The notes: generated from the letters alone by a model not told the origin. Shown: positions 11,301 to 19,447, counted from the first letter of the stretch. The stretch: DNA of 64,000 nt from Bacteroidaceae bacterium (GCA_963641885.1 CAVIDY010000002.1:18811-82810); one strand, 5' to 3'. Made by a program: numbers and translations.

Positions 11301-11801
11301 AAGTTTCCAAATACCGCCGATACCGCGGGCTTTTTTCTCGCCAGTCACATAACCGCCGCTAGAACCAATCAGCGAGGCAATGCGCGAAGTACGCTCTTGT
11401 CCAATATCGGTGTTGGTTTTAAACAGCGCAAACGTGGTCAGGTTATTTCCCTGTTTGGCAATAGCGATTTCAGGCTTGCCGTAATTATACAGCGCCTTGT
11501 CAATTTTAAAGCCATACGGCAGATACGAATCAATTAACGGTAGATCCAATTTACGGATTTTCTGTGTTTCACCCATATCTGCAATAATGGTGGAGTAGTT
11601 TGCGCCCACATAGTCGTTTGCCGCGTTCATAATAGTGCGAATGGTGGACGCAGTGTTGATGTCTTCTACCTCCATGGTTCTTTCCGCCGACTTTTTATAC
11701 ATGGTCGGGGTAACAACGGCGATAAGTCCCAGCATAGCCAGGGCTTCAATCATCAAACCACCCCTCTGCGCTATAGATTTTGAGATATTACGACGTTTCA
11801 T
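8400..11801 (-). CDS. Giant (1133 aa) secreted protein with a type IV prepilin-like (class III) N-terminal signal; candidate pilus-associated adhesin
   Basis: Strong AAGGAG Shine-Dalgarno 8 nt upstream. The N-terminus MKRRNISKSIAQRG|GLMIEALAMLGLIAVV has a basic leader, a G before the cleavage site, Glu at +5 and a 20-aa hydrophobic segment. The remainder is Gly/Asn/Thr/Asp-rich and adhesin-like. Confidence 0.6.
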   Translation of the reverse strand: MKRRNISKSIAQRGGLMIEALAMLGLIAVVTPTMYKKSAERTMEVEDINTASTIRTIMNAANDYVGANYSTIIADMGETQKIRKLDLPLIDSYLPYGFKIDKALYNYGKPEIAIAKQGNNLTTFALFKTNTDIGQERTSRIASLIGSSGGYVTGEKKARGIGGIWKLEGDEYSEVFPDGDDAAQYSIVTASADTISAATGNEIDMDKYLQRGRDAGNDPNTLWKNSMRTDLYMGGVDNTYDVYNNENHQKTFSIRNIKSLIVGAENDNIENSTYGLYIADGFGKPDAFIQGNLIAAGEQFKADANRLGFGRNLITEGDTTTEDFHFKVDTNGNATADGSLTNLGDVNLASNVDVWNDVKIGYIDGRADGTYAIKATKEDMNFMGNVMQLKPYYTFENNEANIKDRVVILENGIKSATYPGANLDEITYNNSPLFQVRVGANTKIDGLLATRQLDTQKIRAATLSVGSKNIDDSEKWLTANEDGVTIQNTGDDNITGAEFRENQIMLATGGADANDEAAGLFLLHGNKTADSAAPAVSVLYGGGIRSIMENKTLTIEGAENETRTLFNQGSVDLADANFNIGVGGLYYHDATADRRYVFSVRANSNPNSYAFQDMFTSAGSNQAGYLQPYDIAMHGNVLIGDSKSGQVGRGTESVENGKYHVSIGQYNVRAGVNIVPNSTAGDYSNLVYIDQGATSTTNNYSDTEPGTVYIRKGYMEVRGENSKPATTTGALEGKGVVAASRFVANNLAYGSNGNAVTNKTYGAEFPILATKDFSNYNGSNHDVAYDTYMVNPAYTSVMHDIKLTTRGGARLSDILPDFINKGIYVVNNTISETKVGNWDFSADDELYSEAQKKNQDIDPDETLDMSKEDSWASPFMGVVPAPQCPPGYGRVITLTPASWEMAQAGSVHGAGTQASDKTYDRYFILPDTPSKEQVTAVATPADRPSFSKVGMVVDKDSTTATTIPVTVGAEKGTADISNVKTSTYVLQSNASYQPSAPLMFQQSTRLKALTTKLKSEKGIYQGWSAIIGFLYPKSKYDAFIGTTPSNNKIESYYWNVFPVLRGSIEGYATVYCYFDRTNLFHGYEDSAEKDYFVDGYKYMQDMTGAIDYEKVDSTNGKYLNRLNDPTLKYNEAW

Positions 11802-11830
11802 CTTCGTTCTCCTTATTCTCCACTATTATC

Positions 11831-12646
11831 CTACTGCTGAACATGGCAGTGTCCGCCGCTATCGGCGTTTCGGTATTTGTCAAATGCAAACAAGCAAGGC
11901 TTGCCCTGCATACACTTTTCTTGAAATGCTTTAGAGGCGTCATCTGATCCAATATAAAAAACCTTCGGAAACACAAAGTTTATATACTTAGCAATTGAAC
12001 CTTTCGCATTTTGCGAATTCTTTTCATACATAATTTGAATTGCCGTACGCCCCACCAAATGGCATTTAGCGGTTGAGCCGGTGCCTTCGCACCACGTCCA
12101 GCCCATATTTTTAACTCCGGAAAGCTCTTTTGCCAAATAGTTGGTAAAATTCGGGGTCGGCGCAACCATTTTTACTTTGCGTGAAGATTCGCCTTCGGTG
12201 ATAGTAACTTCGGTCTCGGTTTTGGAATACCAGCGTTCCGGTATTTTGGCAAAAGAAATGGCATATTTGTTTTTGCTGCCTTCATCGCTGCTGCAACGCT
12301 TTACGTTTGCTCCGTTTTGTATGTTGTCGTCAAAGCAATAAATGGCGTGCGTGGATTCCGTAACGATGTTGTTCATATCATAACCCAAAGGCAGGTTGTC
12401 TTCCATTTTGCTCAGGCAGTTATTTTCTTCTGTGCATTTAAACGGAATGTCATAATTTCCACTTTGCCCGTTATAAATCATTTCGCACTCGGTGCCGCGA
12501 TAAAACGCAAGGTGTTCCGCCCGAAAACGGTTTACTACCGTGGCGGCTTTTATCTCAGTGAATACGCCGGCTTTGTCCTCGCGCGGAGAGGTGTTGAGAA
12601 AACTCAGCGCCACCATTATCGTTGCAAGTAAAATCCAAATATACAT
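11831..12646 (-). CDS. Hypothetical secreted or membrane-anchored Cys-containing protein (271 aa), first gene of the operon with the giant pilin-like protein
   Basis: N-terminal hydrophobic signal MYIWILLATIMVALSFL and AGG Shine-Dalgarno. There is a 30-bp gap to the downstream gene. A promoter-like TTGTGA...TATAAC lies upstream. Confidence 0.55.
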   Translation of the reverse strand: MYIWILLATIMVALSFLNTSPREDKAGVFTEIKAATVVNRFRAEHLAFYRGTECEMIYNGQSGNYDIPFKCTEENNCLSKMEDNLPLGYDMNNIVTESTHAIYCFDDNIQNGANVKRCSSDEGSKNKYAISFAKIPERWYSKTETEVTITEGESSRKVKMVAPTPNFTNYLAKELSGVKNMGWTWCEGTGSTAKCHLVGRTAIQIMYEKNSQNAKGSIAKYINFVFPKVFYIGSDDASKAFQEKCMQGKPCLFAFDKYRNADSGGHCHVQQ

Positions 12647-12782
12647 AACCCTACCTCAAAATGCGGTTTTATCTAGTTATAATTTACCATAAAAAAACGC
12701 CTATAACCAGCATATTTTGCGAAAGCAGACGATTCTTCACAATTTTGTAACATTATTTAGCATTAAGGCAGTAAATTTTTGG

Positions 12783-13199
12783 TTAAATATCGTTTATTCC
12801 TGATTCTTGCAAGGCGGCGATGATTGGCTTGTCCGCAGGCGCAAAGTCATATTGAACCAGCTCGCCCGCAGGCACCCAGCGATATTGTTCATGCTCGTTC
12901 AACTCGGGAATTTGCTCCTGCGTGCAAACCGCTTTGTAACAATGCAGCTCCACCCTGCCAAAATCATAATCATAAGCGGTGTCCATAAAATGCTTGCCAA
13001 CCACAATGGGCAGATTCATTTCTTCCAGCAATTCACGTGCCAAGCACTGCTCATAGGTTTCGCCCTGCTCCAACTTGCCGCCAGGGAACTCCCATTTATA
13101 TTCCAAATCTTTGCCGTGTTTGCGCTGCGCTATTAGAATATGCCCTTTGCAGACGATAATTCCCGCAGCTACTTTGATGATTTTTTTGACTTTTTCCAT
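12783..13199 (-). CDS. mutT: NUDIX hydrolase, MutT-like 8-oxo-dGTP diphosphatase
   Basis: The Nudix box GGKLEQGETYEQCLARELLEEMNL is present. Start is taken at MEKVKKIIKVAAGII. Confidence 0.75.
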   Translation of the reverse strand: MEKVKKIIKVAAGIIVCKGHILIAQRKHGKDLEYKWEFPGGKLEQGETYEQCLARELLEEMNLPIVVGKHFMDTAYDYDFGRVELHCYKAVCTQEQIPELNEHEQYRWVPAGELVQYDFAPADKPIIAALQESGINDI

Positions 13200-13458
13200 T
13201 TTAATTTTCCTTGTTTTAACCACCTGTTATCATAATATTGTTCGGAGGAAATGTAAATTTTTATTTTTAATTAGAGGGGAACGGCTTAATGCGCAGCCTT
13301 TAATCAGCCTTTCCGCAAATTATGCGGAGATTAGCGTGCATTTTCTCCGCAAACACAAGATAAAAATGCGTTGACTGAGTTATTCAAGCCCTATCGGGGT
13401 TCGATTCACTCCATATTATTCTGCTCCAAACATAAAGCCCCGACAAGCGGGGCTATGT

Positions 13459-13477
13459 TGGAGCAGATGAGGGGAAA
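13459..13477 (-). repeat. Direct repeat of the tRNA-Gly 3' end, 17 nt exact (tggagcagatgagggga), 172 bp from the tRNA
   Basis: It is identical to 13649-13665. It is flanked by a hairpin and by an opposite-strand degenerate copy at 13390-13429 (cggggttcgattcactcc...ctgctcca). Confidence 0.8.
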
Positions 13478-13615
13478 ACTTGATTGCTACAAATCGCTGC
13501 CCTTCGCTAACGCTCGTTTGCTCTTTGGCAATCTGCGCCTTTCGGCAAAAATCTATCCACTGGATAGATTTTTTTCTCAAGCCCTCTCAGGGTTCGATTC
13601 CCCTCTATATAAAAA

Positions 13616-13648
13616 ACAAAAAGCACCCTAATGGGTGCCTTTGTTTTT
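13616..13648. terminator. Bidirectional rho-independent terminator adjacent to the tRNA-Gly 3' end
   Basis: gcaccctaatgggtgc hairpin flanked by T-runs on both strands. An inverted T-arm copy (cagggttcgattcccctc) lies at 13583-13605. Confidence 0.6.
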
Positions 13649-13722
13649 TGGAGCAGATGAGGGGAATCGAACCCCCGTTATAAGCTTGGGAAGCTTCTAT
13701 TCTACCATTGAATTACATCTGC
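13649..13722 (-). tRNA. tRNA-Gly (anticodon CCC)
   Basis: The reverse complement GCAGATG-TA-ATTC-AATGGTA-GAAT-A-GAAGC-TTCCCAA-GCTTA-TAAC-GGGGG-TTCGATT-CCCCT-CATCTGC-T-CCA folds as a cloverleaf. The acceptor stem is perfect and the T-loop is TTCGATT. Confidence 0.8.
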
Positions 13723-13777
13723 AAAATCAATGCTTGCATTAAAGCGTAAAACCACGCCCTTTGCAAGCATTTTTTTA

Positions 13778-14596
13778 TTATTCTGCACTTTCATGCATCG
13801 GTACATCTGGAGTTTCCACTTCGGCAGATGTTTCTGGCTGAGCTACTGCTTCAGATTTTACCGGCTTTTGAGTTTCAATATCAGCATTAGAATCTGCATC
13901 TGCTGTAACATCAGATGTTTTGTTAGAAATAGTATTCGCTGCACTTGTATTCTGAACAGTAGCATCTTGCTGATCGCTATCTTTATCCAACGCAACAGAA
14001 ATAGCACTAAGCACAATGCTTATGATAAAATATAAAATAATATAAATATTGGCCTGTTTATTATATTTTGGACTTTCTTCAACCGGTTTTCCATATCTGT
14101 TTTCTTCCGCTTGGCCTTTACGCAAATATAAAATTAACAGCCATATCATAACACCAAAAACCACAACACCGGAAGCCCCCATCAAGCCAATACCGATATA
14201 TTTCATATGCGGTGTCAGCATAGTTCCAAATATTATACCTACTCCAAATATTAAAGGCAGCCATAAAAGCTGACCGCTATGGTTTGTATCATGCAATCGG
14301 CGTACGGACAAAGCCAATACAGCAATGGTTTCAAGCAGTGAATACACATAGTATAAAACCGTACCGACAATCATCATTGTTTTTATAGGAAGTAACAGTG
14401 ACATAGCTAATAGCGATATAACCATTCCCCAACCAAATATAACAAGGCTAAATAGAAAATTGGCAAAAACAAATCCCCAATAATCATATTTGCTGGCGCG
14501 GGTTTTGAAGTTAAACATATTTTTGAAACCTGCCACAAATGCGGTCAGCAGATTTTTTTCATTTTCAGTTTTTTCAACTGTTTCTGTCATTGTCAT
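13778..14596 (-). CDS. DUF805-family inner-membrane protein (YhaH-like) with an acidic Ser/Thr/Asp-rich C-terminal tail
   Basis: FKTRASKYDYWGF and VRRLHDTNHSG motifs. Start is taken at MTMTETVEK, which has an AGGAA Shine-Dalgarno and overlaps the comEC 3' end by 23 nt. Confidence 0.7.
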   Translation of the reverse strand: MTMTETVEKTENEKNLLTAFVAGFKNMFNFKTRASKYDYWGFVFANFLFSLVIFGWGMVISLLAMSLLLPIKTMMIVGTVLYYVYSLLETIAVLALSVRRLHDTNHSGQLLWLPLIFGVGIIFGTMLTPHMKYIGIGLMGASGVVVFGVMIWLLILYLRKGQAEENRYGKPVEESPKYNKQANIYIILYFIISIVLSAISVALDKDSDQQDATVQNTSAANTISNKTSDVTADADSNADIETQKPVKSEAVAQPETSAEVETPDVPMHESAE

Positions 14597-16625
14597 TCCT
14601 TTCTTGTTTAATGCAACTGCGCCATGGCCGGCAAACGCCCTGCGGCTGCAGCGGCACAACTTTTGTTTTATTTTGCTTAAAGATATACCCTCCGGCGCTA
14701 TTGTCAATATTTTTTCCATTTATTTTGATATCGCCTTGCTTAGAAAATTCAATCGAATCCAGATAAGCGCATTTTTCCGCACTGCATTTTAATTCAATAT
14801 TTTCCAAGTTTGTTTTGCTGCCGGCAAAAATTTCTTTCAACTCCTCTTTTTGCTCTTTATTCAAATCTTTCAGACGCAGATTTTCACGCCAAACCGAAAC
14901 TGTCCAGCTATCTGTTTTCATTGGCAGAAGCAGCATTTCCCCTGCCTTATCGCGCAAAGCTATCCCCTCGCCTTTGGGAGCAAAAACCATATCCGGCTGC
15001 GCACCGAAAAACATTGAGCTTACACCAATCAAAACCGGCAGCACGCCCCATAAACGCCATTTTCTTTGCCATACGCACAGCCACCAGCCGCCGCAGACAA
15101 TAAGTGCGAATCCCCCAAACGGCAGCGAATCCACATACGCCACACTATGCGGCAAACTTGAGACAAACTCCGTTATTTGGTTGAGCCAACTCACACCATA
15201 GCCCAGAGCTTTTAGCGGATACAGAGCCAATCCCAACGGCAGAGCGACTAAACAAAGCAAAATCAGAGGCATCAAAACCAAACCTATTAACGGACCGGCA
15301 AGCAGGTTAGCCAGGCTTGTATAAACCGAAATCCTGTGGAAATGATAAATTGCAAACGGCATTGTCGCCAGACTCGCTACAAAATCGCAAATCACAATTC
15401 CCGCTAAATAGAAAAAAATCTTGCTGAAAATCCCCCGATTTACTGACCATAAAGCAATCTTTTGCGCATATCTTTCATAAAAAGCGATTAAGGCAACCAC
15501 CGCCGCAAACGACATCTGAAAGCTGATAGATATCAAAGCCTGCGGTGAAATTATCAGCAAAATTAAACCCGCAAAACAAACCATTCGCATAGAAATCGCC
15601 TGCCGATTAAAAATAACCCCGAGCAACACCACGGCGGTCATGATAAACGCACGTTCCGCAGGCACCGCCATTCCCGAAACCGACAAATAGAGCGCGCTGA
15701 AAAGAATTGCTCCGAGCGCGGCAAGTTTTTTGACATCATAGCGCAAAGCTACAGCTGGAAACAGCGCCAGCAAAAAACGCAGCACAAAAAACATCAAGCC
15801 GGCAATCGCGCCCATGTGCAAACCGGAAACCGACAGAAAATGCGCCAATCCCGAATCGCGGTAATTATTAACGATTTGCTTCGGAGTGCGGCTCTGCTCG
15901 CCAATCAGCACCGCGTCAACAATTCCGGCCTCGTTCGGCGGCAGAATCGCTGCCACATCATTAGTAATCCGCTGACGGATTTTGTTAAGGCGAATCCGAA
16001 AAAACGAGGTTTGTTTCTGCTCACAATCAATCACAAATATTGAACTATTTGCATAACCGATACCGCTGATTTCCTCGTAAAAATATTTTCTATCCAGCTG
16101 AAAGCCATTCAGTACCGGCACTGGCGACGGCGGAAAAAATGTACCTACCAACTCCACACACTGCCCGACTTCCAGTTCAGTATTTCCGCTGTTCATCATG
16201 GTGACGCGGTATTTACCTTTAAGCGGTTCGTCAAAATTTTCAACATTCTGCAAAAGCAGCCGCTTGCGTCCTTTTTCATTATATGAAACCGCGCTGATTT
16301 GCCCTTTAATATAATCTGTAATTTCCGGCGTAAACATAACTTTGCGGCTTTTTAATAGAGTTTGCAGCTGGATATCCATAAAACCGAATTCGCATATAAG
16401 AATCGCCGTAAAAAGCAGATGCAGCCCCTTATTACGCAATAAATAAAACAACAGCAAAGTCGCTTCAAAAACGCCCAGACTATACCAATAATTCGGCTCA
16501 AACGGCAAAGCAAAGTATACGGCTATTCCCAAACCAAATAAAAACGGCACCCAAGCCAGCCACCTGCTCTGTTCAGCAAAAAAATTTTCGGAGACATAAG
16601 CTCTTATCTTGCGGAAAATTCTCAT
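14574..16625 (-). CDS. comEC: DNA internalisation/competence protein ComEC/Rec2
   Basis: A 683-aa polytopic protein with the ComEC competence domain (DSGLAHFLSVSGLHMG...). Its start overlaps the lpxB stop by ATGA. Confidence 0.85.
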   Translation of the reverse strand: MRIFRKIRAYVSENFFAEQSRWLAWVPFLFGLGIAVYFALPFEPNYWYSLGVFEATLLLFYLLRNKGLHLLFTAILICEFGFMDIQLQTLLKSRKVMFTPEITDYIKGQISAVSYNEKGRKRLLLQNVENFDEPLKGKYRVTMMNSGNTELEVGQCVELVGTFFPPSPVPVLNGFQLDRKYFYEEISGIGYANSSIFVIDCEQKQTSFFRIRLNKIRQRITNDVAAILPPNEAGIVDAVLIGEQSRTPKQIVNNYRDSGLAHFLSVSGLHMGAIAGLMFFVLRFLLALFPAVALRYDVKKLAALGAILFSALYLSVSGMAVPAERAFIMTAVVLLGVIFNRQAISMRMVCFAGLILLIISPQALISISFQMSFAAVVALIAFYERYAQKIALWSVNRGIFSKIFFYLAGIVICDFVASLATMPFAIYHFHRISVYTSLANLLAGPLIGLVLMPLILLCLVALPLGLALYPLKALGYGVSWLNQITEFVSSLPHSVAYVDSLPFGGFALIVCGGWWLCVWQRKWRLWGVLPVLIGVSSMFFGAQPDMVFAPKGEGIALRDKAGEMLLLPMKTDSWTVSVWRENLRLKDLNKEQKEELKEIFAGSKTNLENIELKCSAEKCAYLDSIEFSKQGDIKINGKNIDNSAGGYIFKQNKTKVVPLQPQGVCRPWRSCIKQERNDNDRNS

Positions 16626-17776
16626 TTTTTATAGGTTTTTATCGCCTTTATAATAGCTGCGGCGGCATTATCACTTGGCGTTTGCTGTCCCATACCCAAC
16701 AGTTTGCGCACTTTTTCAAAACCTTCCATCTGCCGATTATAAACTGGCTTATGTTTCATAAACTGCTCAACATAGTACATTATTTTTTCAACGGTGCAGT
16801 CCTGTTGCAGCAATTCCGGCACAATCTCTTTGCCCAGCAAAATATTGCTCAAGTTCACAAACTGAATATGAATGAAGTGACGCGCCAGCCATTCGGTCAG
16901 CTTTGGAACTTTGTAGGCGATGATGTGCGGGACATCGACAATCGCCAATTCCAGCGCCACCGTGCCGGACGCGGCAATCGCCACATCGCCGCTCTTAAAG
17001 GCGTCATGGCGTTCTTTGGTTCCCTCAACAATTTCTATCGGCAAACCCGACTGTTTAACCATCTCCTTGACCTGCGCGGCAACTGTGCCGACTGTCGGAA
17101 TCACAAAAGAAAAATCATTATAGCGTTCATGCAACTGCTTTACCACTTCCAAAAACGTCGGCAGCAAGCGTTCAACTTCATTATGGCGCGACCCTGGGAG
17201 CACTAACAGCAAGCGGTTTTCTTCCGGAATATGATGGCGTTTTTTGAAATCGCCCTTCACGCCGTTAACAACTTCGCTTTCAATTACTGGGTGCCCGACA
17301 AATTCGGCTGGCAAATTATACGGAGTAAAATATTTCGGCTCTTGCGGAAATAAAGTCAGCAGCAAATCAATATATTTATACATAGTGCGGGCACGTTTCT
17401 TTTTCCAAGCCCAAACCTGCGGCGCCACATAGTGCACCTGCGGAATATTTAATTTAAGCTGGCGCAGTTTTTTATGCACGCGGGCGGAAAAACTCCAACT
17501 GTCTATGGTGACAACAACGTCCGGCTTTACTTTTTGAATATCGGCAACCGTTTCATTGATGCGACGCAGCACACGCGGAATGCTTGGAATAACCTCTGCC
17601 AGCCCCATAACCGCCAAATCGCTGATATTGAATAAAGACTGCACGCCTTCTGCCTGCATACTTTCTCCGCCGACTCCATAAAATTCAGCATTTTTATCTT
17701 TACGGCGCAAAGCCTGAATTAAACGCGCACCAAGCGAATCTCCCGACGGTTCTCCGGCAATCAGATAATATTTCAT
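16622..17776 (-). CDS. lpxB: Lipid-A-disaccharide synthase
   Basis: MKYYLIAGEPSGDSLGARLIQAL... is the canonical LpxB N-terminus, and the protein is full length. Confidence 0.92.
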   Translation of the reverse strand: MKYYLIAGEPSGDSLGARLIQALRRKDKNAEFYGVGGESMQAEGVQSLFNISDLAVMGLAEVIPSIPRVLRRINETVADIQKVKPDVVVTIDSWSFSARVHKKLRQLKLNIPQVHYVAPQVWAWKKKRARTMYKYIDLLLTLFPQEPKYFTPYNLPAEFVGHPVIESEVVNGVKGDFKKRHHIPEENRLLLVLPGSRHNEVERLLPTFLEVVKQLHERYNDFSFVIPTVGTVAAQVKEMVKQSGLPIEIVEGTKERHDAFKSGDVAIAASGTVALELAIVDVPHIIAYKVPKLTEWLARHFIHIQFVNLSNILLGKEIVPELLQQDCTVEKIMYYVEQFMKHKPVYNRQMEGFEKVRKLLGMGQQTPSDNAAAAIIKAIKTYKK

Positions 17777-18660
17777 TATTTTTTCTCCTCTGGGACAATT
17801 CCCTTTATAAACATTCCATATTTATCAGCTAATTTTATAACCTCTTCGGCGTCAACCATAAGCGCATTGCCGGCATGCACCGCCAAACCGCGGAAACCTG
17901 CATTATGCAGATTTTCAATTGTCCGCGTACCAATAGCCGGCAAATCTATGCGCAAATCCTGCTGCGGCTTACGCAATTTAACCAAAATTCCAGCAGCTCC
18001 TTTGCGCTGATAAGTACCGCAGCGGCGCACCAGTTCATCGGTTCCTTCAATACCTTCAACACCAAGGACCAATCCTTGCTGCACAATAACCGACTGTCCG
18101 ACATCCAGCCTGCCGAGCGCCAAACCGACTTCTACGCCGCGCTCAATATCGGCTTCGGCTTGCTTATCCGGCTTATGCTTGGTTAAAACGCCCTCTTGCG
18201 CCAGCAGTTCCGGCATAACTTCATGAATGCCGACCACGCGCATATTTTCGGCCTCTATCTCTTTAATAAGGGCGCGTAAAATTCCGTCATCGCCCAAAGC
18301 TTTCATACCAATTTTAGCAAAAAATGCAGCTGTGCGCAAATCTGGTACCAACTCAGACAAGGTCGGACGGTGAATCGTGCCAATCATCACAACTTCTTCA
18401 ACACCTTCATCGGCAAAAGTCTTAAAACCAGTTCCAGCCTGCCCGATGCGAATCCATTTATGCGGAATCAGCGGAGTAAAAGCAGCTTTATCGGCATTGC
18501 CTTCTATTGCCAACACATAAAACTCACGACCGGTATCAAGGCAATGATCTATCAGCATTTTCGGCAGTCCGGTGCCGCCGGCTATAATTCCTAATTTTTT
18601 TTGTGTTTTTTCCATTTTAACAGCTCTGTTATTGATATTTGCTGCAATATTAGCAGACAT
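17776..18660 (-). CDS. lpxI: UDP-2,3-diacylglucosamine hydrolase LpxI (DUF1009)
   Basis: LGIIAGGTGLP..., DVGQSVIVQQGLVLGVEGIEGTD and RIDLPAIG match LpxI. The stop overlaps the lpxB start by 1 nt. The start could instead be the internal Met at 18615. Confidence 0.8.
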   Translation of the reverse strand: MSANIAANINNRAVKMEKTQKKLGIIAGGTGLPKMLIDHCLDTGREFYVLAIEGNADKAAFTPLIPHKWIRIGQAGTGFKTFADEGVEEVVMIGTIHRPTLSELVPDLRTAAFFAKIGMKALGDDGILRALIKEIEAENMRVVGIHEVMPELLAQEGVLTKHKPDKQAEADIERGVEVGLALGRLDVGQSVIVQQGLVLGVEGIEGTDELVRRCGTYQRKGAAGILVKLRKPQQDLRIDLPAIGTRTIENLHNAGFRGLAVHAGNALMVDAEEVIKLADKYGMFIKGIVPEEKK

Positions 18661-18703
18661 CGCCGTAAATACAACATTTTTTTAGAAAGTTAATGAATCG
18701 GTG

Positions 18704-18732
18704 TTGACAAAAATATATAAAAATGATATAAG
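18704..18732 (+). promoter_or_regulatory. Sigma70-like promoter (TTGACA-17-TATAAG) for the 18784 small gene
   Basis: Perfect -35 hexamer with 17-bp spacing to a TATAAG/TATAAT -10. Confidence 0.55.
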
Positions 18733-18783
18733 TATAATTGTAGTAAATATCATTATGTTTAATTTTTTTAAAGCTTTGTATAT

Positions 18784-19104
18784 ATGAATAATATGTATAA
18801 TATCGTTTCTGTAGAGTCTGCTAACAACGTATTGAACAACCTCAAGTCTTTGGCTCGCCCACTGACTACTGCTGAGAAACTTGCTGGTCGTAAGGCTGCA
18901 CTTGTTCAGGCTGATGTTCGTCATTCACAGGCTCTTGCTTCTGCAGCCAGTCTCCGTGAAACCGAAATCAAGTTCTACATGGGACAGGGCTACACATTGA
19001 AAGAGGCACGCGAGCAGCTTCGTCTTGAAGACTTTGCTCACGCAGAGTCTATCGGTCTCGGCATTTCAAAAAAATGCCGTTTCCGCAAGCGCAAGGCATG
19101 CTAA
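18784..19104 (+). CDS. Hypothetical small protein (about 100 aa) with a basic C-terminus (KKCRFRKRKAC); codon usage is atypical for this genome
   Basis: ORF with its own promoter and terminator (19112-19150). It prefers CGT/CTT/GCT/TCT codons, unlike neighbouring genes. No clear Shine-Dalgarno, so the start is uncertain between 18784 and 18793. Confidence 0.45.
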   Translation: MNNMYNIVSVESANNVLNNLKSLARPLTTAEKLAGRKAALVQADVRHSQALASAASLRETEIKFYMGQGYTLKEAREQLRLEDFAHAESIGLGISKKCRFRKRKAC

Positions 19105-19240
19105 AGAAACAATTAACCGCTATTTTTTGTAAAAAAAATGGCGGTTTCTTTTTGCCTGAAATGTTTTTCATAAAGAAAGTTGACAAAATATCTAAAAAAT
19201 GTTATTTTGTATTCAGAACAAATATTTTAGGAGAAATAAC

Positions 19241-19447
19241 ATGACCAATTTAACAAAACGTATCTTAGAAAAAAAGGCTCAGGTAGAAGCTAAGAGAAAT
19301 ATTCATGACGTAGCCGCTGCAACTGTTGATAATGAAAGAAAAATCGCTGAAAAACAAAACAGAGAATATTCACGCGAAGAAGCTAACCGCGACAGAATGA
19401 ATGCTTTGTTGGCAATGCAAGGCATTAACCGCGAAGATTATAACTAA
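19241..19447 (+). CDS. Hypothetical small charged coiled-coil protein (68 aa)
   Basis: AGGAG Shine-Dalgarno at 19229-19233. A TTGACA promoter lies at 19181 and a terminator hairpin cttccgatatttttcggaag+T8 at 19468-19497. Confidence 0.5.
   Translation: MTNLTKRILEKKAQVEAKRNIHDVAAATVDNERKIAEKQNREYSREEANRDRMNALLAMQGINREDYN

Noticed and set aside
13371-13683. ORFs 13371-13631(+) and 13480-13683(+) in the tRNA-Gly flank
   Set aside because: They overlap tRNA-derived repeats and three terminator-like hairpins. They have no Shine-Dalgarno and low-complexity translations. The region is better explained as a structured non-coding att-remnant.
14810-15201. Plus-strand ORFs inside comEC
   Set aside because: They are antisense to a conserved full-length ComEC and have no translation signals.
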